A stretch of DNA of 64,000 nucleotides from Octopus sinensis (lineage: Eukaryota): contig NW_021833228.1 of assembly GCF_006345805.1 (NCBI RefSeq), positions 160,651 to 224,650 on the forward strand, in the 5' to 3' direction. Below are positions 39,770 through 51,024 of this stretch, in pieces. How positions within the stretch are numbered: the stretch's first letter is position 1; every line of letters starts with the position of its first letter. The notes under the pieces are model-generated. The model did not search any database, was not told the origin of the DNA, and saw nothing but the letters and a program-made list of their open reading frames with translations. Both the position numbers and the translations under genes were made by a program.

Positions 39770-39969
39770 CTATTTATTTTGGAGTTGATACAACTGAACT
39801 GAAAATTGATGATGAGTCTATTGACACTGTAAAACATGGCTACCTGATTCTTTACAAATGGTTCAAAAATTGCGACCCAGAAACACGGACACACGCAACA
39901 TTACGTGCAGCTCTTGAAGAAGCTGAAAGTTTCGCTGCGATGGAATGTCTGTCATTAGACGCAAAGTGA
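39770..39969 (+). CDS. terminal coding exon E, rest of the death domain (AIYFGVDTTELKIDDESIDTVKHGYLILYKWFKNCDPETRTHATLRAALEEAESFAAMECLSLDAK*)
   Basis: Pyrimidine-rich acceptor GTCTTTTGCAG; exon D terminal G plus CT gives Ala; L-x-x-W and T-x-x-x-L-x-x-A-L death-domain motifs; TGA at 39967-39969. Confidence 0.85.
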
Positions 39970-40211
39970 ATTTCTGTGTAACTGTTGTTGTTTAGCCTCA
40001 GATTAACCTTGACCAAACAGAGACTTATGATCAAACGCTTTCCAGCCAGGACCATCATGCCTATTTCCAAAGAGAACCCACAACCACATTGTCCAATATG
40101 CCCTTCTGTACAGTGATATCGTGTGAATTTAGCTACTAATTCTAGCAGGTATATCAACCACATAGTGATCCCTTCACTGGTTTGGCTCCTTTGTTAAAAA
40201 TTCACATTTAA

Positions 40212-40217
40212 AATAAA
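40212..40217 (+). terminator. candidate polyadenylation signal of the death-domain gene
   Basis: AATAAA 243 bp after the stop, followed within ~30 bp by a GT-rich tract (TTGTTGTTGCTGTTGTTGT). Confidence 0.5.
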
Positions 40218-40377
40218 GACAAACTTTGAAATGTTCATTTATTGTTGTTGCTGTTGTTGTATATCTAATCCCCTCCCTAAACAACCCCATTGTTATATAG
40301 ACAGCTTTAATATCTTCTGCTATATTGATAGTTATCTACCTTCATTTTAGCTGAGAGTAGAATGCCTCATATATATA

Positions 40378-40451
<74 letters not shown>

Positions 40452-40513
40452 AAAAAATGAAGTTCGAAAATGCTGCTATATTATACAATTTTTAATTTTT
40501 ATATATACATTAT

Positions 40514-40547
40514 AACATGTTTCAGTTCCTGAAATGAACCTTATCAA
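40514..40547 (-). ncRNA. candidate minimal type I hammerhead ribozyme core, copy 1
   Basis: Minus strand UUGAUAA-GGUUC-AUUUCAG-GAACU-GAAA-CAUG-U-U: core boxes, 5-bp stem II, palindromic ACAUGU stem III, GUU cleavage triplet. Stem I is imperfect near the core. Confidence 0.5.
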
Positions 40548-40849
40548 AAAAAGTTATATATAAAAAAAGACAGCTCATGCCGTCAAACACAAGAAATTCA
40601 TTTATAATACACAACGGAGTCAGACATCTTAAAGTTCAAATATAGTTTGAAGTAAGTTCATTCATGCTATATGTTCAAAGTGTTCGATGCAGTGGCCCAC
40701 GGTGGCGATACGTATTCAATACAAAAAACAGATCAAAGTGGTGGAAAGCAGTCAATACAGAAGATTGATGTTTCCAAAAGAGCGAGGAATTCATTTTTAC
40801 CTTAAGCAATTGTGATGACCCATGGTGGGTGTTCCATGGGTGGTTCTGT

Positions 40850-40926
<77 letters not shown>

Positions 40927-40988
40927 AAAAAATGAAGTTCGAAAATGCTGCTATATTATACAATTTTTAATTTTTATATATACATTAT

Positions 40989-41022
40989 AACATGTTTCAG
41001 TTCCTGAAATGAACCTTATCAA
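40989..41022 (-). ncRNA. candidate minimal type I hammerhead ribozyme core, copy 2
   Basis: Same motif as copy 1, 475 bp away. Confidence 0.5.
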
Positions 41023-41344
41023 AAAAAGTTATATATAAAAAAAGACAGCTCATGCCGTCAAACACAAGAAATTCATTTATAATACACAACGGAGTCAGAC
41101 ATCTTAAAGTTCAAATATAGTTTGAAGTAAGTTCATTCATGCTATATGTTCAAAGTGTTCGATGCAGTGGCCCACGGTGGCGATACGTATTCAATACAAA
41201 AAACAGATCAAAGTGGTGGAAAGCAGTCAATACAGAAGATTGATGTTTCCAAAAGAGCGAGGAATTCATTTTTACCTTAAGCAATTGTGATGACCCATGG
41301 TGGGTGTTCCATGGGTGGTTCTGTATATATATATATATATATAT

Positions 41345-43900
41345 TGATGTCGTTTCCCTTTATATATCCTATAGAGATAGTATTCGAAAAGCTGGAATCC
41401 CTGGGTGCATAGAACACACATTTTCCATCTGGGAAGCCATCACATGTGCAAAACAAATGAAGAAAAACTTATATATTGTTTGGGTAGATCTTGCCAATGC
41501 CTATGGATCTGTTCGCACGCAATAATAAAAACAGCGATGGACTTCTTTTGGATTCCAAAAGATGTTCAACGAATGCTCATGTTGTACTACGACAACCTGA
41601 GGATGAGATTTACAGCAGGAAAGTTCACAACGGAGTGGCAACGGCTTGAAATAGGTATTGCAGCCGGATGCACGATATCAGTCATCTTATTCATGCTAGT
41701 CATGGAAATGCTACTCAGATCTACAAACTGTGAGAAAGCTTTTACAAAGTCACCATAAAGGGCTTTTATGGACGACATGACTATATTATCGGAAAGTAGA
41801 GAAGCAGCAGAGGGAACGTTAGAGCGGTTGGACGAACTGATAGGATGGGCAAGGAGGAAATTCAAAGCCAAAAAATCTCAAAGCATGGCTTTTGTGAAAG
41901 GAAGGCAAGAAGTCAAATTCAGGATAGGAAGTGAAGACATACCAACGGTGAAAGAACAACCAGTAAAAAGTCTTGGCAGATGGTATAGAGATTTATTAAA
42001 TGATAAGAAGCAAGGAAAAGAAACACACGAGTTAGTAGAACAAGGATTAAAGGCAATTGACAGAACAACGCTGCCTAGAAAATTCAAATGTTGGATACTA
42101 CAATTTGGGCTGTATCCAAGAATAATGTGGCCATTGCAAATGTACGAAATAACCTCGAGTAGAGTAGAAAGGATGGAACAAAGATGCAGTGTGTTTATCA
42201 GAAAATGGCTTGGTCTGCTGAAACCACTGAATACAACTGCACTATATGGAAAACCCGTGCTGCAACTCCTAATAACATCAATCACTGAAGAATATAAGGC
42301 AGGAAAGGCAAGGACAGTAATGATGCTAAGGTATTCAAAAGATCAGGGCATCAGGGGAAAACCCACCAAATGTACGAACAGGGAAGAAATGGAAGGCAGC
42401 AGAGGCAGTAAACAGGGCGATCGGAAAACTAAGGCACACAGATATAGTCAGAGCGACACAAGAAGCTAGAACCGGCCTAGGGTCGCAAAATTTCAGGCCA
42501 TTTTGCAAGAGCAGTGTAAAAGAGATGAAAGAGGCAGTGGTATACGAAGTGAGAAAGGAGGAAGAAGGAAGGCGAAATGTACATTTGGTGCAATGCAGTC
42601 AACAGGGACAGTGCCTGAGATGGGAGGAATATGTGATCAACCGCAGAATATCATGGAAGGAACTTTGGGCTTGGGAACAAGCAAGAACATCCTTCCTGAT
42701 CAAGTCTACCTCCGATGTTCTACCCTCACCGGCGAACTTAGTCCGGTGGAACATAAACAAAACTGATGATTGTAGATGCGGAGAGAAAGCGACGGTTAGA
42801 CATGTTCTGTCAGGTTGCAGACTAGCACTTGAAAGATATACTTGGCGGCATAATCAAGCCCTCGGCATCATAAGCGCAGCACTCAAGGAGAAGATCGAGA
42901 GGTACAATAGGGGAGAGTACCCAAAAGTAGAAAAGCGCAGGAAAGTATACTTCCACGGGGAGGGAAAAGGTTATAAAATCAGGCCTACAAGTAAAGTATA
43001 CGAGATAGACGAAAGATGGAAGGGATACTGGGAGGTGGCCACAGACTTGGAAAGACAAGTAGTATTTCCACTAATAAAAGCAACAAAAAGACCGGACATA
43101 GTTCTATGGAACAGAGACCGGAGAATGGGAATTTTACTAGAACTGACAGTACATTGGGAAGAGAACATCGGCAACGCAGAGGAATGAAAGGAGAAGAGTT
43201 ACGAAAAGGTAATCGAAGAATACAGAGAACCGGGATGGAATGTCGAATATTATCACCTGGCAGTGGGGGCTAGAAGCTTCTTTGAAAAGAAAATGACAAC
43301 GCTTTTCAAAAGAAGATTTGTTTTTTCTAGCCCCGAGCTGCGTAAACTAATAAGGAGAGTACAGGAGGCGGTCGAAAAAGCCAGCTTCTATATATGGCTG
43401 AAGCGGGAAGACCGAAAATGGCTTGAAAGTCATAAACACGCCGACGGGAAATAACATCATTAGGTGAGACAAGCTGACTGACCGGCGACGGTCGTTTAGA
43501 AAAAGCGCGGGCTAAAACTACGCGCCTTCACTAGTCAGTTAAAGTGAGACAGTGTCACGTGACAACTTGCTGGGGCTGCCCGCTGGAGCCTGCCGGCAGG
43601 TATTTGGGGTGTAAGATTTGACAAGACAGTCAGTCACCGGCTGACACTCGCTGACGATACATCGAAGAGGCCAGGGAAAAGAAGAAAGAAGACATGCACC
43701 CAACACCAGAGCTGAAGACACCTCCGAAAGGGGGGGGGGCGCCACGTCAAAACGGTAGAAGAGAAGGGGCCGAAACCGGACGTGGTTCCTCCTGATGATG
43801 TCTTGAGCGAACTGGATTCTATAAAGGAGCTGTTGTGGTAGCAGACCACGAAACACGGTTGTGATTCCTATCCCTTAGTACGTTGAATCCATAAGCCCTA
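41345..43900 (+). mobile_element. 5'-truncated, frameshifted non-LTR retrotransposon with RT and restriction-like endonuclease (HERO-like)
   Basis: PGCIEH, WVDLANAYGSV, GIAAGCTISVILF, FMDDMT (RT); CRCGEKATVRHVLSGC...RYTWRHNQAL (CCHC knuckle); RPDIVLW...LELTVHWEE (RLE). Split over ORFs 41405, 41768, 42525 and 43263. 3' boundary approximate. Confidence 0.88.
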
Positions 43901-43924
43901 ACTTACTTTGTGCATATATATGTC

Positions 43925-44700
43925 AGAAAGTGAGTGATCTTGGCATAGTTGGAAAATTAGGAGAATGGCTTCATGGCTTTCTGAAGGATAGAAGTCAGGT
44001 GGTAGTAGCCAACGGGGCCACCTCCAATGACACACAAATAGTGATCCCTATTTCGCAAAGCACTATTTTCGGACAACTACTGTTCATAATGGCCCTCTCA
44101 GACATGCCCTCAGCCACGCAAGACAGCCACGATCACAAGTTTTGCAGAAGATACAAAAGTTTCACACGTAATACAGAACCCTGAAGACGCTATGAACCTG
44201 CAATTTGAGCTGGATGAAATATACAAGTGGGCTGAAAAGAATAGCATGCAGTTCAAAGCTGAAAAGTTTCAATTTTGTGCTATCAGCATGCAAAACTAAA
44301 TGCAACACCCAATACATACACTGGACCTGGAGGGATTGCAATCCCAGAGGCATAATCAGTGCGAGACCTGGGCATTTACATGAGTGAAAATGCAACCTTT
44401 CATGGGGAGGCGGCTGACCGGATGGATTCTTAGAAAATTTAGAACAAGAGACCAGGAAACCATGATGGTCCTCTGAAGGACACTTGTCCTAAGCCACTTT
44501 GACAATTGCTCTCAGCTATGGTCACCAACAAGTGTCAAATTAAACGCAGAACTCGAGACAATACAACGAAGCTACACGAAGAAGATAGCCTCTATGCAGC
44601 ATATAAGCTATTAGGAAAGACTCAAGAGATTCAGACTCTATTCCTTAGAGCGTAGGTGGGAAAGATATGCCATAATATACATCTGGAAGATCCTAGAAGA
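43925..44700 (+). mobile_element. degenerate CR1-group LINE RT fragment
   Basis: LGIVGKLGEWLHGFLKDRSQVVVANG...FGQLLFIMALSDMP, YKWAEKNSMQF and RYAIIYIWKILE motifs; many stops and frameshifts; both ends truncated. Confidence 0.8.
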
Positions 44701-47700
44701 AAAAAAGTTTGTTTTAAACCTTGGGATTACATAGAGAGTATTTTGCGTAGGATATGAGCAGTTCCCATGAGCACTATCTTTTGAATTTCTGCCATTTTGG
44801 GGTTTCCTGGGATCTGAGTTAGGTAGCAATCAGCCCCTTTCACTATCATTCCCAGGGCACCTATGACAACAGGTATTGTTTTAGTCTTCAGGTTCCACAT
44901 TTTGCTGATTTCTATTTCTAGATCTTAATATTTGCTCAGTTTTTGGTAGGTCTTGACAGATACGTTTATATCGATTGGGACAGTCATATCAATGAGGAGG
45001 CATGTTCTTTGTCTGAAGTCTTTCAATATGATGTCTGGCCTATTTGCATCTATCTTCCTGTCAGTTTGAATGGGGAAGTTCCAGAGGAGTGAGATGTGGT
45101 CATTTTCAAGCACTGGGGGTTGTTTGTGTTACCACCAGTTTTTTTCATGGGGCAAATCCAGGTTTTTGCAAATTACCCAGTGAATATATTGTGCAGCTCT
45201 ATCATGCCTGTTGAGACACTCTGTTGGTGCTAGAAGACTGCACTTGGAGACAACATGATCAATGGTTTCATTTTGTTGTTGACATACACGACATGTTGGG
45301 CTAATGCCGTTCTTTAATACATTGGCCTGGTAGTTTCTTGTTGGTAGGCATTGATCTTGAGCTGCTATGATAAATCCCTCTGTTTCAGATTTTAAGCCAG
45401 AGGCCATCAGCCATTGTTGGGCCAGGTCTTTGTCAACATCAGCATTATTCGCTCTCTGGGTAATTGCCATAGAGAGGTTTTTCTTGCCATTTATCATTCA
45501 GAATATCTAAGGCCGCAGTTTTAGCACGGGTTTTCATGCGCTTAGCTTTTTCTGTGCTTGTTTCTTGTATGTCTATCTCTAATTCCGAAATTTGTTGTAT
45601 TTGGAATTCACTTAGATATTCCTTTGTCTGTTTTGTGACTGAGTATGATGCTTTCTTGCTTTCATGTTTTGAGACAAGTTTTAACATCCAGTCCTCATAG
45701 TTTTTCAGGTAGGTGTCTAGGCCAATTGTAGCAATCTTCATTGTTATTGCCAGTTGTTAAAGACCACGGCCTCCCTCTTTTCTTGGCAGATAAAGTCGTT
45801 CTGTATCTGCCTTAGGGTGGTGCATTCTATGCATTGTCAACAGTTTTCGTATTTTTCTGTCAAGATTACATATTTCAGTAATTGACCAGTTAATGATATT
45901 GAAACTATAAGTCACGACTGGTATGGCTAATGCATTGATCGCTTCGATCCTGTTTCTTGCATTCAGTTCTGTCTTGAGTATTGCTCTCACTCTTCGATAA
46001 CATTCTCTCCTGATCCTTTCCTTTATCTCTGAATGCCTTATTCCGTTCCCTTCAATTACCCCTAGGTACTTGTAGCTCTCCGCTGGGTCTAGTTCTTTTA
46101 TGACATTCTGCTGGTCAAGGTTAACGTTAGATGTTTCTGTCATTTTTCCTTTAATAAAAGTAGTTTTTGCACATTTATTGAGACCGAATTGCATTCTGAT
46201 GTCGTCACTGAATTGTTTGACTATCGCTAGTAAGCCCTTGAGTTGTTGGTCATTTTTTGCAAAAAGCTTTAAATCATCCATGTAAACGAGATGATTTATA
46301 TTTTTATCAAACATTTTATACCCGTACTGCGTGTCATTGAGCAGTTTTGAGAGAGGTATTAAGGCTAAACAGAAGAGGAGTGGTGACAGTGAGTCACCCT
46401 GGAAAATGCCACACGAAATTTTTACATCACCAGCATTTAGGGATTCATTGTCACTGTTCAGAGTTAGTGTGGTTCTCCATGATCTCATACTTACAGTGAA
46501 AAAGTTTCGCAGAGCAGGTGCTATCTTATACATTTCCAGGCATTTCCTAATCCAGCTATGTGGTAGGCTATCAAAAGCCTTTTTATAGTCTATCCAGGCT
46601 ATTGATAAGTTTTTGTTATTGATGAGTAGTTGATCTTTACAGCCGTAGGATCCACGTTTACATCCTTTCTGTTCATTAGGGAGTATGCTGCTGTCTGTTA
46701 AAAAACTATAAGTATATTCCGTCAGGACAGATGTTAGCGTTTTATACATAGTTGTTAAGCAGGTTATGGGTTTACAGTTTTTTGGCTCATTTGTTTCTTC
46801 ACTTTTTAGAAGCAGGAATGTTAATCCATTAACCAGCCAAAGAGGCATCCTACTAGGGTGTTGCAAAACATCATTGTACAGTTCTGTTAGCAGTTCATGG
46901 CTCTCTGGGAAGGCATTCAGCCAGAAGTTAGGAATTTTATCCTTTCCTGGAGACTTCCATTTGCTTGACCTCCTGAGAGCAGATCTTATATCTTCTACCT
47001 TGACACCCTCCCACTTTTGCTCTTCTAAGGAGTCCAGTTCTGTAGATATTCTGTCAATCCAGGGGGCCTTTTCGTTGTGTGTGTTTTCTTCTGCCCAAAT
47101 TTTATTCCAAAATCCCTGCACTTCTTCTTTTGATGGTACAGACCTTACAGTAAACGCTGTTTTCCTATCCTCCTGTAAAAATTATTGGGGTTATTTTTGA
47201 ACATGTTGTCCTTGAAAAATCTAACACGCTTTTCATACCTCGCTATCCGGGCAGCTTTGGCAGATACCTTTTGTTTGATGGTTTCTATGGTGGCATCAAT
47301 ATCAAGTATAGTTTTCATATTGTATTTTTTCAATAATTTTTGGGTTTTTGTAGGTTTGGTAGTCTTGTGAACCTTAAGGTTTTTCAAATATTCAATGTCA
47401 GATCTAAATAGTTGAATTTGTTGTTGCAAACGCTCTTGCCAAGAAGGCTTTTTGTGGGAATGTTGCCGTTTTCTAATCTTTACACCACATAGGATCGTTG
47501 AGATTTTCGCGGATGCATAGTATAGGTGGTTGAGGTTTGTGATATCAACATCATTAGCTGAAATTATATCCTTAAGTGCAAGCCGGATTTTACCAATTAT
47601 TTTCATGTTTTGGTTAGAGTTGCGGATTTTAGGGAGTGTATCACGTTCATCCATACTGGTTTCTTTAATTTTCAGCCATTCAATCATGATTTGATTTTTT

Positions 47701-48610
47701 AGCTCATGTAGTTCTGTTGGGTCAATATTTGTGTGACTTTCTTCTTCTATTTGATGTTCATCTGTCTTAGTGTTTATGATTGGTTCAGGGCGTATTTCAC
47801 TTTGCCTATCACTTATACTAACTCTTTCAATCCTTACTTCGTTTTTATCAGCCCTGGGCTGGTCTATAATTATTTCCTCTGTATTATCTTCTCTAGCTGC
47901 AGCTTCGTTCATTTTATCCGATATTGCTTGTCTAACTTGATCAATCTCTACTTCAGTCAGTAATTTTTTATAATGTTTCTTCTGACGTTGGCAAGTTTGT
48001 TACTGTCTATGTAGGGTCTTACTTCAGGGTGTTTCTGTCTCCAGTTTAAGTATGTTTGTACAGTGTTAGATGTATCTGTGGGGAAATATATGGCATGGTG
48101 GAAGGCCTCAAGAACTTCTTTATTATCTTCCCTAGACCATTTTTCCTTTTTTTCTTTTGTTTATTTGGTGACGAGCATGGATGGCCATCTGTTGGAATAT
48201 TCCGGTTGTGGGGTACGCCAGCTCCTGTGTGTTGGGAAGATTTGATCCAGTAGCTGATTTTTCAATCAGAATTTGGTTCGATTTTCGGGTACGTGGTCTT
48301 TTGCAATCTGCGCGACGACCAATGCGGTTTGTATTTGATTTGTTGACATTGAAGCATGACGAGCTTCCATACTTACATTAGGAGATGGATCTGTCATTTT
48401 AGGGTCCTCTACACGTAAGTATTGCTCGTAGCGCAGCTTCTTAAGGCTAGCAGATCTGTATTCGTCTGTATTTTTTTTGTTGATAGTTTTATTTCCGAAC
48501 ATTTTTTCCTTCTCTTCCTTTTTTCCTCTCTCTTTCTTTTTCCTTCTTCCCCTTTTTCCTTCCTTCTTTTCCCTTCCTCTTTTAAACTTATAAAAGGCTC
48601 ACTCTGCCTG
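44701..48610 (-). mobile_element. R4/Dong-like non-LTR retrotransposon 1, near full-length ORF but disrupted, 3' UTR truncated
   Basis: N-terminal KWSREDNKEVLEAF...NKLANVRRNII; RT in ORF 45757-47121 (AWIDYKKAFDS, GIFQGDSLSPLLFC, YMDDLK); CRVCQQQNETIDHVVSKC...RHDR; NRPDIILKD...LIDMTVP (RLE); stop after ILRKILSM at ~44728. Confidence 0.9.
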
Positions 48611-49179
48611 TATTAGTTCGAAATAATGAGAATAAAATACGGAGAAAAAAGAAAGAAAAAGGGATCTGTCAGTTATTATTGTTATTACTATCACCATCAT
48701 CACCCTTACCATCATCATCATCATCAACATCACCATCACCATCATCAATGATATTGTTTTATGTGTAGTGACAGCAGTATCTTATTATTGTTATTTTTGT
48801 TCCTATCATTTTCACCATCATCACCACTACTGCCATTGTGTGGGGGAGTAGTTGGTTAAAGAGGTCATGTTCTATGGGTCTATAAATAGATTCAGCAGAT
48901 GATGGAGAGATAGCCGAATAGACAAAGGACATTAATGGTCAGTAAAGATCAAACCTGTTTACATTTTTTTTCCTTTCTCTTTTCCTCCTTTCCACATACA
49001 TATGTATATGTATATGTATACTCACACACACATATTATCTGATGTTCACGTCGATGATATTTTAAATTTCTGAATTCAATGTTATGTATATATATCTTTT
49101 AATTTCTGAATTCAGTTGTATGTATATATTAGCAGGTGCTTACTTCCATAATTTTTTATCGTGCATCTAATTGTGTTGT

Positions 49180-49502
49180 TACAATAAAAGGCAATTTAAA
49201 AAGCAATTTTACACATTCTTAGAGAGACGACTAAATGTTCACACAAAATTGGAGATATTTATGTTTCTAATTTGTCTTGTTAGGTGTTCGTTTGTATGAG
49301 CTGTAGATATGTAAGTTCCTTAACTTATTTTGAGGGAAATTCAAATTACTCACAGAAAACAGTAGATCTTCCAGTTTTCTACAGTTGTTTTTTTAAGTTG
49401 TCCTGCTGGGTTAGCTGTTGCCACACCAGAGCATCGAAAAAATACGTCCATCCTCTGTCACGTCCAGCCGCCTTCTCCTCGTCACGTCCAGCCGCCTTTT
49501 CC
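49180..49502 (-). mobile_element. possible 5' end fragment of a third Dong-like element
   Basis: Begins next to the TAA array with short GGACGT-containing tandem repeats (GGCGGCTGGACGTGAC x2), like the 5' end of element 2; no coding evidence. Confidence 0.3.
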
Positions 49503-50038
<536 letters not shown>

Positions 50039-50963
50039 CAGTAGTTTTATTTTTTTAGCGTGCTTTCACTTCACTACCGAGCGCAGCTCTGTGTGCCTTG
50101 GGTATGTGCTGTGATTTGTTGTGATGCTCTGATGGTTATTGTATGGAAAATGTTCTGCGTAGGATGTGTGCAGTGCCTAGTAGTGCAATTTTCTGTATGT
50201 TATATGTGTTTGTAAGTCCTGGTGTTTTTGTTATGTATTTGTCTGAATATTTTTTTATCATGCCTAATGCACCTACTATGATAGGAATTGTTTCTGTTTT
50301 TAGATTCCACATTCTGGTTACCTCTATTTCCAGGTTTTGTATTTTGAAAGTTTCTCTATTTCTTTTAAAGGCACGTTGTCATCTGCCGGTATTGATACAT
50401 CAATTAGAAGGCATTTTTTCTTCATGATCTCTGAAAACTATATCTGGTCTGTTGGCCTTAATTTCTCTATCTGTGTGTATCGGCATATCCCAGAGTATGG
50501 TTGCTTTCTCGTTTTCTGTGACCTTTTCTGGTGTGTGCCTATACCATCTTCTTTCTGTTGTTATTCCATAATGTTGGCATAGCTTCCAGTGTATGTAGGT
50601 TCCAACTCTGTCATGTCTGTGAATATATTCCTTCTTAGCCGGGCAGCCAGAGATAATATGATTTATTGTTTCTTGTCCATCTCCACATATTCTGCAGTTA
50701 CTTGTTATATTTCTTTTTATTACATGTTTTTGGTAATTTCTGGTGGGGAGGCTTTGGTCTTGTGCTGCAATTAAAAATCCTTCAGTCTCTGCTTTGAGTC
50801 CTGAGTTTCTCAACCATTGCTGGGATTTTTCTTTGTCTATTTCTTTTGCGTTTAGTTTAGTCCAGTATTTGCCATTAAGGGGCTTTTCTTGCCATCGTTT
50901 TATCATGGTTCGTTGCTGTTCTATTTTTAGTTTGGATTTCATTTGTTTTATAGCTTTTGTTGT

Positions 50964-51024
50964 TTCTTCATCTTCTTCTTCTTCTTCTTCTTCTTCTTCT
51001 TTTCTTCTTCTTCTTCTTCTTCTT
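50964..51024 (+). repeat. (TCT)n microsatellite, (GAA)n on the element strand, inside the Dong-like ORF
   Basis: TTCTTCATCTTCTTCTTC... run between the RT and the zinc knuckle of element 2. Confidence 0.95.

Larger units (their letters stand above)
40369..41343. repeat. (TA)n-X-(TA)n-X-(TA)n tandem duplication, X = 401 bp, period 475 bp
   Basis: X1 40448-40848 and X2 40923-41323 appear identical by eye; TA microsatellites at 40369-40447, 40849-40922 and 41324-41343. Confidence 0.95.

Noticed and set aside
43712-43800. Hammerhead-like boxes CTGAAGA, CCGAAAC and CTGATGA in the HERO-like 3' UTR
   Set aside because: I could not build stems I and II around them in type I, II or III topology: position 10.1-11.1 is mismatched and only 4 nt are available for stem I.
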